A DNA stretch of 64,000 nucleotides, taken from contig CAVQFU010000007.1 of the NCBI GenBank assembly GCA_963711895.1, positions 547,827-611,826 on the forward strand. The letters run 5' to 3'. The position numbers and the translations under genes were made by a program. Under the pieces are notes generated by a model that had not been told where the DNA came from, searched no databases, and worked only from the letters and a program-made list of their open reading frames with translations. Position 1 is the stretch's first letter. Each line of letters starts with the position of its first letter. Positions 39,917 to 49,764 of this stretch are shown here, in pieces. The DNA comes from an uncultured Acidobacteriota bacterium (GTDB lineage: Bacteria > Actinomycetota > Acidimicrobiia > Spongiisociales > ZC4RG35).

Positions 39917-41869
39917 TTGAGACGACTTTCTGCTCTAGTTGCGGCGCTCGTCCTTGGGCTGAGCACGGCTGCCGTCGCGCAGACCACCGCTCCCGAGATC
40001 GAGATCAAGGACATCAACGGGTCGAGATACGCCGAAGGCGGCCAGACCCAGATGGTGGTCGAGTTCCGCAACCTCCCCGAGGCCCCGGACCCGGCTCAGC
40101 TCTCGATCACTGTCGACGGTCAGCCCGTCTCCGACCTCGAAGTGGCGCCGCTCGGCGAGACGAGCGTTCCAGTGGGTGTGGTTCTGGTCATCGACACCTC
40201 GGGCTCGATGCTTGGTGCGCCGATGGATGCCGCCAAGTCCGCGGCCAACAGTTTCATCGACCAGAAGCGACCTGAGGACACGATCGCGATCGTCAGCTTC
40301 GCCGACACCGCCGTTGTCCAGACCGGTTTCACCGCGAACGTCGATGTCCTCCACGAGAAGATCAACGCTCTTGTCGCCGATGGCGAGACCGCGTTCAACG
40401 ATGGGGTGATTCTCGGGATGTCGCTCTTCGAAGGCGTCGCCGAGAACCAGCTCAACAACATGATCGTGCTCAGCGATGGCGAAGACACCATCTCGACCGC
40501 CACTCCGGAGGAGGCGATCGCAGCCGTCGAGGCCGGCGACGCCCGCGTCTTCGGTGTGGCCCTCGAATCGCCCGATTTCAACCCCGATGCGGTCGCAGCC
40601 GTTGCCGCCGCCGGTGGTGGTCTCTTCCTCTCGACGCCCGATCCTGCACAGTTGTCAGGGCTCTACAGCCAGATCGGCCGCGAGATCAGCAACACGCTGG
40701 TCGCCCGGTTCGTTTCACCGGTGGCGGCACCCGGGGAAGCCGAGTTCGCCGTCAGCTATCCGGGCGGCTTGACTTCGACGGTCGCGGTTCCGGTGTCCGG
40801 CTATGCCACGACCACGACAGTTGCCCCCACGACGACCACGATCCCGGTGCCGATCACTGGCAGCGTCGTCGAGAGCAACTCTCCGATGAGCATCACCAAC
40901 CTGGCGCTGATCGCTGCAGCTGGGATCGGCCTCACCGCCTTTCTCTTCATCGTCATCCTGTTCGGGCGTGACGACGATCAGGGCGGCGGGCGCTTCGCCA
41001 AGCGTCTCCAGGCCTACGGCCGACGTTCCCGCACAGGCGAGACAGAGAAGAAGCCTTTCCTGCAGAGGATCCCCGTCCTCAACCGGTTCAGCCAGGCCGC
41101 CGAGGAGGAAGTTCGAAAGCGCGGGTTGCTCTCCGGGGTCAACGCCGCCCTGGAGCAGGCCAACATCCCGATGTCACCCGGAGAGGCCATCCTCGCCATG
41201 TTCGGGCTCTCTGCGGTTGGTGGCGTCTTCTTGGCCATCTTCAGCTCGCCCTCTGGCCGGGCTGATCACATTCGGCGTGCTCGTCCTGTTCTTCGTGATG
41301 CATGATGAGGTACGCCGGCGGTCGGGAGCGGAAGAGGTTCGAAAAGCAGTTGCCGGACACTCTGACCCTCCTCTCCACGTCATTGCGGGCCGGCTACTCC
41401 CTGCTCCAGGCCATCGAGGCGGTGGCCTCTGAGGCCCCGGACCCGACTGCACGTGAGTTCAGCCGAGCAGTCGTCGAGGCCCGGCTGGGGCGGTCGGTGC
41501 CGGAGGCACTCGACGGAATCGTCGTGCGGACCAGCTCCAAGGACTTCGAGTGGGCCACCATGGCCATCGAGATCCAGCGTGAGGTCGGCGGCAACCTGGC
41601 CGAGGTGTTGCAGACCGTTGCGGACACCATGATGGCCCGCAACCGGCTCAAGGGCGAGATCAAGGCGCTGACCGCAGAAGGCCGCATCTCGGCCATCGTG
41701 CTCGGCTCCCTGCCTTTCGCCCTGGCCGGCTTCCTCTGGTTCAACAACCGCGAATACCTGCAGCCCTTGCTCGATGCGACATCTGGGAAGAGTCGCCATC
41801 GTCGCTGGGCTCGTCCTCATGGCCGGTGGAATTTTCTGGCTCCGAAAGATTGTGAACATCGAAGTATGA
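39917..41869 (+). CDS. tadB: Secreted vWA domain fused to TadB (T2SS-F family) platform protein; three frameshifts as assembled (near 41249, 41301, 41782)
   Basis: Signal peptide (LVLGLSTAAVAQ), vWA domain with MIDAS DTSGSM, Thr-rich linker and a TM helix. The TadB core follows (KRFEKQLPDTLTLLSTSLRAGYSLLQA, REVGGNL), ending in the canonical LGRVAIVAGLVLMAGGIFWLRKIVNIEV. The pieces lie in ORFs 39917..41305, 40968..41432 and 41302..42261 and in a fourth frame. Confidence 0.7.
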
Positions 41870-42808
41870 ACATCACAGCACTAGACGGTCAGTTGCTTGC
41901 CGTGGTCACGGTCTCGGCGCTGGTCTTTTTCGTCATCGTTTGGGTCGGTCTCGGGGTGACCCGGGCACGCGAGGACATGAACCAACAGACTCGCCGTTTA
42001 CGGGCGTGCCACGGCCGGGACGGTACGCGACGACGAGCTGGCCAAGCCGCTGGCTCAGCGGACCATCGGGCCGATCGTGCTCAAGATCTCGGGTTTCCTC
42101 CGCCGCTTCACCCCGGTCGGGTACCTGGAGAAGAAACAGCACAAGATCGTGCTCGCCGGAAATCCGGGCAACCTCGACGCCCCCTCCTTCATCGTCATCA
42201 AGCTGCTGACGACCATCGCCGGTCTGTTCGCAGGCTTCTTCCTGATCGATTACGGAAGTGACAGCCTGCAGCGCATCGTCCTCTTCGCCCTGCCGATCGT
42301 GCTCGGATTCTTCGGGCCCGACGCCTGGCTGCAGCGCAAGATCGACGATCGAACAAAGAGCATGCTCAGGGCCCTTCCCGACGTTCTCGACCTCCTGGTG
42401 ATCTCGGTGGAGGCCGGTCTCGGGTTCGACTCGGCGCTGTCCCGTGTCGTGGCGACGGTTCCGGGCCCGCTCTCGGAGGAGTTCTTCCGGATGCTCCAGG
42501 AGACTCGGGTCGGCGTCAGCCGTCGCGATGCGATGCGACACCTCATGGACCGGACCGACCTCGACGAGCTTCGTTCCTTCATCCTGGCGATGATCCAGGC
42601 TGAGGCCTTCGGTGTGACCATCGCAAGGGTGCTCAGGGTCCAGGCCGACGAGATGCGGGTCAAGCGGCGTCAGCGGGCCCAGGAGAAGGCATTTGCCGCA
42701 CCGGTCAAGCTGGTGTTCCCCTTGGTGTTCTGCATCTTCCCGGCGTTGTTCATCGTGCTCCTGGGTCCGGCCGCGATCTCGATCGCCGGCGCCTTCTCCT
42801 CGACCTGA
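41866..42808 (+). CDS. tadC: TadC (T2SS-F family) platform protein; one frameshift as assembled (near 41988)
   Basis: ATGA overlap with the reconstructed tadB stop. The N-terminal TM helix is in the 41302 frame and the rest in ORF 42077..42808 (LPDVLDLLVISVEAGLGFDSAL, MIQAEAFGVTIARVL). Confidence 0.8.
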
Positions 42809-44157
42809 TGACCCCGGCGTCGCCGGGGCCGTCCCAGCGGCGCTTCTCCCTGGCCCATCTCGTCCTCCTGGTGCCATTGGTGGCACTGGTGATCGACGCC
42901 TGGGCACCGATCCGGGACAACTCGTTCCTGTGGCACATCAGGGCCGGCGAGCTCCAGGCGAATGCGGGTGAGGTCCTGGTCGCCGACCCCTTCTCATTCA
43001 CGATGCTGGGGGAGCGGTGGCTCACGCAGAGCTGGCTCGCCGAGCTGCTCTACGGCTGGGGGGAGTCGAACTGGGGTCTTGGCTTCGTGCCACCGATGAT
43101 GCTTCTCCTCAGCTCGATCACCTTTCTCGGCATCGGCATCGTGTCGTACCGACGGTCGAGGAGCGAGTGGTCGACGGCGATAATCGTCGCTCTCACCACG
43201 CTGCTCATGATCTCGTTCCTGGTGCCGAGGCCGGTGTTGTTCTCCTTCGCCCTATTCGCCCTGGTGGTCGTGGCCTGGGATCGCCCGGCGACACGGTGGA
43301 CGCTCCCGTTCCTGTTCTGGATCTGGGCCTCGGTCCACGGGAGCTTTGCCATCGGACTGGCATACGTTGGCCTCACCATCATCATGGAGAGAGACTGGAA
43401 GGCGCTCCCCACTGCGATCGTGGCCGGCTTGAGCACATTCCTCACCGCCCATGGTCTCGGGGTTCTCGAGTTCCTGTTCGACTTCTCGGAAGCGGGGCCT
43501 GCCCTCGCCCTGCTCTCGGAGTGGAGACGCCCGGAGCTGACTCTCAGTCGTCTTCGCTCCGTTCCTGATCGGGATCGGACTGATCGTCATCGGTGCCTTC
43601 CGGGGAAAGGTGACACCGAAGCACCTCATCATCCTGGTGCCCTTCTTGCTGCTTGCCCTCAGCGCCACCAGAGCCGTCCCGCCGGCCTGGATCGCACTGG
43701 TCCCCCTCATGGGCACGGCATTGGCCGGTCTCGCCGTCGGAGCCCGGCAGCGGTTCTCGATGACTGCCGCCGTCGGTATTCGGTCTGGTCGTCCTCGTCA
43801 TCCCGTGGTTCATCATCGTCGGATGGCTCCATCGACGATGAGCGATTCCCGGTCGCCGCGGCGAAGGAGTTGGCCGATGTGCCGACCTTCCACGACGACA
43901 GTGCAGGCGGCTACCTGATCTGGTCCGAGGGCCCGGAACGTCTGGTCTACATCGACGACCGGGCCGAGCTCTACGGAGACCGGATGCTCGAGTACGTCGA
44001 GGTGCGAGACCTCGAGCGAGATTGGGAGCCCGTGTTCGAACGTGATGGGATCGAGCAGGTTCTGCTCAAGGCCGACGAGGAGCTGCTCGGCGAGCTGGCG
44101 TCGGCGGGCTGGACGACTACCTATGAAGACGGTGTGTATGTCGTCATGCGGCCCTGA
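42808..44157 (+). CDS. Polytopic membrane protein of unknown function with a soluble C-terminal domain; three frameshifts as assembled (near 43540, 43778, 43832)
   Basis: 1-nt overlap with the tadC stop. It has about 10 predicted TM helices. The central garbage stretch of ORF 42808..44157 is replaced by sensible TM segments in two other frames (LSVVFAPFLIGIGLIVIGAF...; VFGLVVLVIPWFIIVGW). No family recognised with confidence. Confidence 0.5.
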   Translation: MTPASPGPSQRRFSLAHLVLLVPLVALVIDAWAPIRDNSFLWHIRAGELQANAGEVLVADPFSFTMLGERWLTQSWLAELLYGWGESNWGLGFVPPMMLLLSSITFLGIGIVSYRRSRSEWSTAIIVALTTLLMISFLVPRPVLFSFALFALVVVAWDRPATRWTLPFLFWIWASVHGSFAIGLAYVGLTIIMERDWKALPTAIVAGLSTFLTAHGLGVLEFLFDFSEAGPALALLSEWRRPELTLSRLRSVPDRDRTDRHRCLPGKGDTEAPHHPGALLAACPQRHQSRPAGLDRTGPPHGHGIGRSRRRSPAAVLDDCRRRYSVWSSSSSRGSSSSDGSIDDERFPVAAAKELADVPTFHDDSAGGYLIWSEGPERLVYIDDRAELYGDRMLEYVEVRDLERDWEPVFERDGIEQVLLKADEELLGELASAGWTTTYEDGVYVVMRP

Positions 44158-44164
44158 TCCGGGC

Positions 44165-44338
44165 CTACTGCAGGCCGGAGCCGATCTCGCTGAACGCCGA
44201 TGACACCTGGTTGCCGGCGAGCCTTATCGCCAGGATGGCGACGATGGCGATCAGGACTACGAGAAGGGCGTATTCCACCATCGAGGCGCCCTTCTCCTCG
44301 GCAATCCAGCTGAATGTCTTGACCCATAACCGTGACAC
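44165..44338 (-). CDS. flp: Flp/Fap-family type IVb pilin (copy 1)
   Basis: GTG at 44338 after a GGGAGG SD, aligned with the ATG of copies 2 and 3. Flp motif EEKG/ASMVEYALLVVLIAIV. 57 aa. Confidence 0.8.
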   Translation of the reverse strand: MSRLWVKTFSWIAEEKGASMVEYALLVVLIAIVAILAIRLAGNQVSSAFSEIGSGLQ

Positions 44339-44426
44339 GATGCCTCCCTGGTCGTTGGTCGTGTCTTCTGGAGGACCGTACGGGCAGATCACTGGACCGG
44401 GCAATGAGTCGATCGGCCCATGGCGC

Positions 44427-44460
44427 TGAAATAGAAGAAGGACCCGCCAGGCGGGTCCTT
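44427..44460 (-). terminator. Intrinsic terminator after flp copy 2
   Basis: AAGGACCCGCC / GGCGGGTCCTT hairpin followed by CTTCTATTTCA on the - strand. Confidence 0.6.
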
Positions 44461-44482
44461 TCTTCGTTGATCTGAGCTGTGC

Positions 44483-44657
44483 TCAGGGTGAGGCCGGAGC
44501 CGATCTCGCTGAAGGTCGAAGAGACCTCTCTACCGGCGAGACGCACGGCGACGAGAGCGACAATGGCGATCAGGACAACGAGGAGGGCATACTCAACCAT
44601 CGAGGCACCCTTCTCTTCCTGCATCCAGCTCACTACCTTGGTCCACAAAGCAAGCAT
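44483..44657 (-). CDS. flp: Flp-family pilin (copy 2); in-frame stop missing as assembled
   Basis: ATG at 44657 after an AAGGAGGGG SD. MLALWTKVVSWMQEEKGASMVEYALLVVLIAIVALVAVRLAGREVSSTFSEIGSGLT. A TGA lies one base out of frame after GSGLT (GGG run at 44486-44488). Otherwise the frame reads through the terminator into copy 1. Confidence 0.7.
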
Positions 44658-44730
44658 GAAGCCCCTCCTTGGGTCTGCGGTACTGACTTGCAAGTGATAT
44701 ATCGGTGCGATTCCGTCAAAAACCTGAGCG

Positions 44731-44766
44731 GAAATAAAGAAAGGGCCCGCAAGTGCGGGCCCTTTC
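44731..44766 (-). terminator. Intrinsic terminator after flp copy 3
   Basis: GAAAGGGCCCGC-ACTT-GCGGGCCCTTTC hairpin followed by TTTATTTC on the - strand. Confidence 0.6.
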
Positions 44767-44784
44767 TCGTCGAGTCGTTGACTC

Positions 44785-44958
44785 TTAGCCGAGGCCGGAG
44801 CCGATCTCGCTGAAGGTCGAAGAGACCTCTCTACCGGCGAGACGCACGGCGACGAGAGCGACGATGGCGATCAGGACGACGAGGAGGGCATACTCAACCA
44901 TCGAGGCGCCCTTCTCTTCCTGAATCCAGCTCGTCAATTTGGTCCACAGAGCAAACAT
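44785..44958 (-). CDS. flp: Flp-family pilin (copy 3), near-identical to copy 2
   Basis: ATG at 44958 after an AAGGAGGGG SD. MFALWTKLTSWIQEEKGASMVEYALLVVLIAIVALVAVRLAGREVSSTFSEIGSGLG. The mature part is identical to copy 2. Confidence 0.85.
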   Translation of the reverse strand: MFALWTKLTSWIQEEKGASMVEYALLVVLIAIVALVAVRLAGREVSSTFSEIGSGLG

Positions 44959-45049
44959 GGAACCCCTCCTTGGGTTAGTTGCCTTGGCTTGCAATCGGGC
45001 AAGGTAGCCCTACCTACTCCCGGGACCAATGGGTCCCAGGAACTATCGT

Positions 45050-45226
45050 TTACGACCCCGCGTCCACCAGATTCGAACTGATGTCGGAGTATGTGCTGCT
45101 GAGCTCATCCCCGAAGTAGGCCACGGCGGCCAGAGCCGCAATGGCAATGAGGAGGACGAGGAGTGAGTACTCAACAAGAGAAGCACCCTTCTCGTTGCTG
45201 AGAAACCTCATCAACCTGGCGTACAT
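45050..45226 (-). CDS. flp: Flp-family pilin (copy 4, divergent)
   Basis: ATG at 45226 after an AGGGAG SD. MYARLMRFLSNEKGASLVEYSLLVLLIAIAALAAV. Confidence 0.75.
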   Translation of the reverse strand: MYARLMRFLSNEKGASLVEYSLLVLLIAIAALAAVAYFGDELSSTYSDISSNLVDAGS

Positions 45227-45324
45227 TTCTTCTCCCTTGCTCACCCGCATCAGCGTAGGGCCGACGACGGAAAGTGCTCATGGGCCTCAAGGCTCATATG
45301 ACTGTTCGCTTGATGTGTCATCGG

Positions 45325-45963
45325 TTAGCTGGGTCGGGCGATGCCCAGACGTATCGCCTCGATGGCGGCCTGGGTGCGATCGCTGACTGCAAGTTTCTGA
45401 AAGATCGATGCGAGGTGGTTCTTGACCGTCTTCTGGGAGATGTAGAGACGGTCGGCCAACTCGTCTGTCGCTGATACTCCGACGGCGAGCAGTCGAAGGA
45501 TCTCCTTTTCCCGCTCTGTGAGGGAAGCCGCTCCAGGGTCGAGACGGGCCTGCCCATAGGTCTCCAGGAGCTCATCCCGCTCGGTGTCATCCAATGAGAT
45601 CAGGTCTTGACCATCGGCCACCGCCCTTATTGCGGCGGCAAGGGTCACCAACGGCACTCCCTTGGAGAAGAACCCTTTGGCACCGGCGTTCTGGGCGCGC
45701 TCCTTCTGTTCCTCCGAAGCGTGCATCGACACGACGATGGCACTGGTCCGTCTCCCCAGCTCGGAGATGGTGTCGATCCCGTCCCCACCAGGCATCTCGA
45801 TGTCCACGATGGAAACCTCGGCGGGCTGGTTCAGCAGGGCTTCCTCGAGGGCCGGTCCCGACTCCACGACGCCAACTACCCGGGTATCGGGAAGGATGTT
45901 GAGCGCCTGGCTCAGCCCCTCGGCGAACAGTTGATGATCGTCGGCGATCATTACACGAATCAT
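45325..45963 (-). CDS. NarL/LuxR-family response regulator
   Basis: ATG at 45963 (ATGA overlap with the kinase stop). REC domain (IRVMIADDH...IVDIEMPGGDG) and a LuxR HTH (LTEREKEILRLLAVGVS...ISQKTVKNHLASIFQKL). Confidence 0.85.
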   Translation of the reverse strand: MIRVMIADDHQLFAEGLSQALNILPDTRVVGVVESGPALEEALLNQPAEVSIVDIEMPGGDGIDTISELGRRTSAIVVSMHASEEQKERAQNAGAKGFFSKGVPLVTLAAAIRAVADGQDLISLDDTERDELLETYGQARLDPGAASLTEREKEILRLLAVGVSATDELADRLYISQKTVKNHLASIFQKLAVSDRTQAAIEAIRLGIARPS

Positions 45964-47482
45964 CGGTTGCCCCATTCCACAGTCACGGTTGTTCCTCCTC
46001 CGGGAGTTGGTTGAAAGCTGATCTTCGCCCCTATCTTGTCGGCACGTTCCCGCATGCCAGTTAGGCCGAAATGGCCATCGGGCTCGTAGGTCGGGTCGAA
46101 TCCGGTTCCGTCGTCGATCACAGAGCAGACACCGAAGGAGCGATCGATCCTCCCCGACACCAGTATTTGCGATCCCCCTGAGTGATTGTGGGCGTTTCTG
46201 GTGGCCTCGGTGATGATCGAGGTGAGATCGGCGATGACCGCGGGCCGTGGGGGCCGTCTCTCTTCGAGGTCGACGACGACCTGGGGGGCACCGTTCAAGC
46301 CCGACGTCGACTGGAGGAGTCGAGCGGTGAGCGTCGGACCGGGAGCGGTGCGCAAATCGGCAACGGAGGCACGGACATCCTCGACCAGTTTGGTCACGTT
46401 GGTGCGCAAGACCTTGAGGTCGGCGGACAGCTCGGCGTGCTCCGCCTGCTGCATCGCGGCCATGTCCAGCGCCAGTCCCAGCGAAGCGAGCGAAGGGCCG
46501 ATGTCGTCGTGCATCTCCCGTGCGAGACGAATCCGCTCCTCGGCCACTGCCGAACCGACGATGTTCTGGAGCAGCTGGAGGTTGGCGAAAGCGATGCTGA
46601 CGGGCTGAACGAACGCCTCGATGTCGATCAGATCGGGTCTCGAGAGTGATTGCGGCGTGAGGAGCTCCAGACTGCCCACGGACGCGTCGGCGGTCGACAA
46701 CGGGACCTGATAGGGGTGAGGGCTCTCGGGAGGGACCCCCCGGGAGGCGAGGACCACCGGGCCCTCCTCGTCGTCGAGCACCAGTCGCCCGGAAGACCCC
46801 GGGATTCGAGCGAGGATCGCCTCCAGCGTGTCGGCCGCCACCTCGACGGCGTTGAGACGCCCGGCGGAGATGTCCTCCGATAGGCGGATCAGGACACCGT
46901 GGATCTCCTCCAGGTTCTCCAGCTTCTGCGTGGCCGATTCCGTTGCCTCCGCCAGCTCGCCGGCCTGACGATGGGCATCTTCCAGGAGACGCCTAATCAC
47001 TGTCACCAGCAGGACAAAGGCCACGTATAGGCCGATGACGGGCAATGCATCAGGATCGCTGGTCGGCGGAGTCTCCTTGTGAGATGGTCACCAGAGAACA
47101 GGAGCGCCACCGAGAGGAATCCAGTCATCAACCCGGTGCGAAGACCGCCGTAGATCGTGGCAAGGATCGGCGGTCCCATCGACAGCAGGATGTAGGGGCT
47201 GTTTGGCCCTCCGGTCAGGGTGATGGCGGTGATGGTGAGGAAAGCGCCGATCAGGGTGATGGCCTCGGCTCCAAAGCGCCGGCGATACCAGCTCTCGGGA
47301 ACGGCTGCGGTGCCGATCACGTAGATCGTTCCGAGGGCCATCGCCAGGAGAGAGGCACCGTCCGGAGAGCCGACCGCGGAGATCAGATCGAACACTACGG
47401 CGTAGATCAGGACGACGAATTGCCCGATGGTGACACTCCGATGGAGGCGGAATTCCCAGGGGGCCGGGACGGAGACCGTCAT
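45960..47482 (-). CDS. Sensor histidine kinase (HisKA_3 type) with a multi-TM N-terminal domain; one frameshift as assembled (between 47047 and 47085)
   Basis: H-box ERIRLAREMHDDIGPSL and HATPase motifs NAHNHSG, DDGTGF, GLTGMRERA in ORF 45960..47045. The membrane N-domain is in ORF 47003..47596. Start is taken at ATG 47482 and is uncertain, being only 25 nt from the divergent coaE. Confidence 0.75.
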
Positions 47483-47507
47483 AGGGGCAAGGCTACCGTC
47501 GGCGGTG

Positions 47508-48076
47508 ATGAGTTCCTCGGACGGGCGCTGGCTGATCACGGGCGGGATCGGATCCGGTAAGAGTGAGGTTCGCCGGCTACTGGCGGAGCGGGGCATTCAC
47601 ACCGTCGACGCGGACGCGGTGGGTCACCTCGTTCTGGCCGGCGAAGGCTTCGCCCCGGTCGCCGAGCGATGGCCGGACGTCGTCCTCGAAGGCCAGATAG
47701 ACCGCCAGGCGCTGGCCCGGATCGTTTTCGACGACCCGAGAGAGCTCGAAGGTGCTCGAGGCGATCACTCATCCCTTGATCTTCGGCCGAATCGAGGCCG
47801 ATTTGAAGGGATTTTCTGGTGTGGCAGTCGTCGAGATGCCGTTGCTCGAGACCTCGATGGGCTGGCCGATGATCTTGGTGGATGCCGACGACGAGACACG
47901 TCTGCGTCCGGGCCGTGCAGCGGGGCATGGACGAAGCAGATGTCCGACGTCGAATGGCGTCTCAACCCAGCAGGGCAGAGTGGCTCGCGGCCGCCGACCT
48001 GGTGGTGCCCAATCATGGGCCGAGGGCTGTCCTCGACGAGACAGTCGCCAGCCTCTGTCGCTACTTGGTCGGTTGA
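47508..48076 (+). CDS. coaE: Dephospho-CoA kinase; two frameshifts as assembled (47751, near 47908)
   Basis: P-loop ITGGIGSGKS in the 47427 frame, VLEAITHPLIFGRIE...VVEMPLL in ORF 47752..48189, and RAVQRGMDEADVRRRMASQ... in ORF 47882..48076. Confidence 0.8.
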
Positions 48077-48086
48077 CACACGCGGA

Positions 48087-49678
48087 TCAGCCTTCGCTGA
48101 CAGGCAGGCTTCCCCTGGAAACGAGGTCTTGGATTCGTGCCATCCGATCGGGTGCGACGGCCTCAGGATCTTCAGCGCCGATCAGGTAGGTCGGCGCCGC
48201 TGGTACGAATTCCTGACCAAGCGCGGAAGACATGATTGCGCTGATGGCGTTGATCGGATCGGGCAATGTCGGAGCCCCGCACTCGTCCGGGATCTTGTAG
48301 GAGAGCATGACACCAAAACGCTCGCGATGTCGGAGTCCGACCATAGGTCTGGTGTGTCGGCGACTTGCTCGCCGGTGGCGGTTCCGTGGTCGCCTGTGAC
48401 GAGGATTGCGGTGTCATCGTCCAGATTGGCAGTGGTTTCGATGAGTAAGCGGTCCACGCAGCTCATCTGAGCCGAGGTGGCGGCCATACGGGACGCCCTG
48501 TCCTCGAAGATCGACGGGCCGTCTCCGACCGGCTCGCATTTCGCATCCACCATCAGTGGATCGTGTGGGAAGAGGAAATGAGCGAAGACATAATCGTGCG
48601 AATCGTTGTCGCCCACCTCTTCCAACACCTGCTGCAAAGACTTAGCTGTGTTGAAAGTGCCCGTGAGAAAATGGTGACGTCGCTCGGCCCAGTCGTGCAA
48701 CACGGTCGGGGCAAGGAGTCGGGTCAATTGCTCATCGTGCCAAGGGGAGTCGACACATCGATCCACCGTCGGCCCGCAAGTCGTCCCATCCCATCCGGAC
48801 GCGATGTGGGTGTACTCGAATCCAGCTGATTGGAGAGACCCGGAAACAAAATTCTCGCCTCGCAGTATGCGGAACAGGGAAGACCGATTTCCCCAACCCT
48901 TGGTTGGCCCCGCCTCGATAACGCTGTGCATCTGGAGGATGCTGGAGACCGACAGCGCGGTGAACGTGTGCCGGCTCCATGCGTCGGTCTCGACAGTGAG
49001 CCCATTGGCCGTCAGGCCCGATACCAACGGGGCGGGATCGTGTCCAAACCAACTCTCGGCGAGACGCAGGTTCGGGTAGGTGTCCACGATGACGACGACC
49101 ACATCCTCCACAGCACCCGAGGGAGCAGCGCTCACCGGTTGGGCCAGTTCGACCAATGAGTATGGCTCAGCGTCCGCTAAGTGCGCCGTGATGAGTTGAA
49201 GCAAGGGGACCAAACCCAGGGCGACGATCATTGAAGTGGCCAGTACCTTGAACAACAGAGGTGCCTTGGCCTTTCGCCCGACCCAGCCGAACACGACCAG
49301 GGCTACGGCGATACCGATCCCAATGAGGCTGTCCATCTTCTGCCACGACATGAGGAGAAAGATGAGCCCTCCGACTGCTAGGGCGACAGGCATCGTACCT
49401 GTGCTCCGACGAGTCAATAGGAGAAGGACCGCCACGCCGACGGCACCGAGGCCAAGACCCACGATGAGGATCTTCCACGGCGAAGAAAGTTCCGATGCGT
49501 TGACCGTCCAGAACTCGATCGACCGATAGAGCGCGGCAGAGAAGATCACGGCAATCGCCGGCCATTGACGGCGGCTAGTCGCCACATCCGGCGTCCGGTC
49601 AGTTAAGCGCTCCTGTGCCCGGGCGCGGGGTTTGGTCTCGACCACGGTTCCTGTTTCTCGATCTCTCCAGCTTGTCAA
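48087..49678 (-). CDS. Membrane-anchored sulfatase/LtaS-like (alkaline-phosphatase superfamily) protein, paralogue D; one frameshift (near 48325)
   Basis: N-terminal 4-5 TM helices, then VVVVIVDTYPN, FLFPHDP and ILVTGDHG. The C-terminal 75 aa are in ORF 48087..48344. It is a distant paralogue of the 53.5-58.3 kb array. Confidence 0.6.
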
Positions 49679-49764
49679 GTAGAACGGCTGATTGTGTGCC
49701 CAACTTGAGAAAAACCGGGCGTTAGCGGACGGATCTTGTCCCAGGTCACCGGTAGCCTCCGACC

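Noticed and set aside
44121-44693. The 190-aa ORF suggesting an extended Flp-fusion protein spanning copies 2 and 1.
   Set aside because: It reads through a strong terminator hairpin and overlaps copy 1 out of frame. A TGA lies one base out of frame right after the conserved GSGL end, so a single-base error is the simpler explanation.
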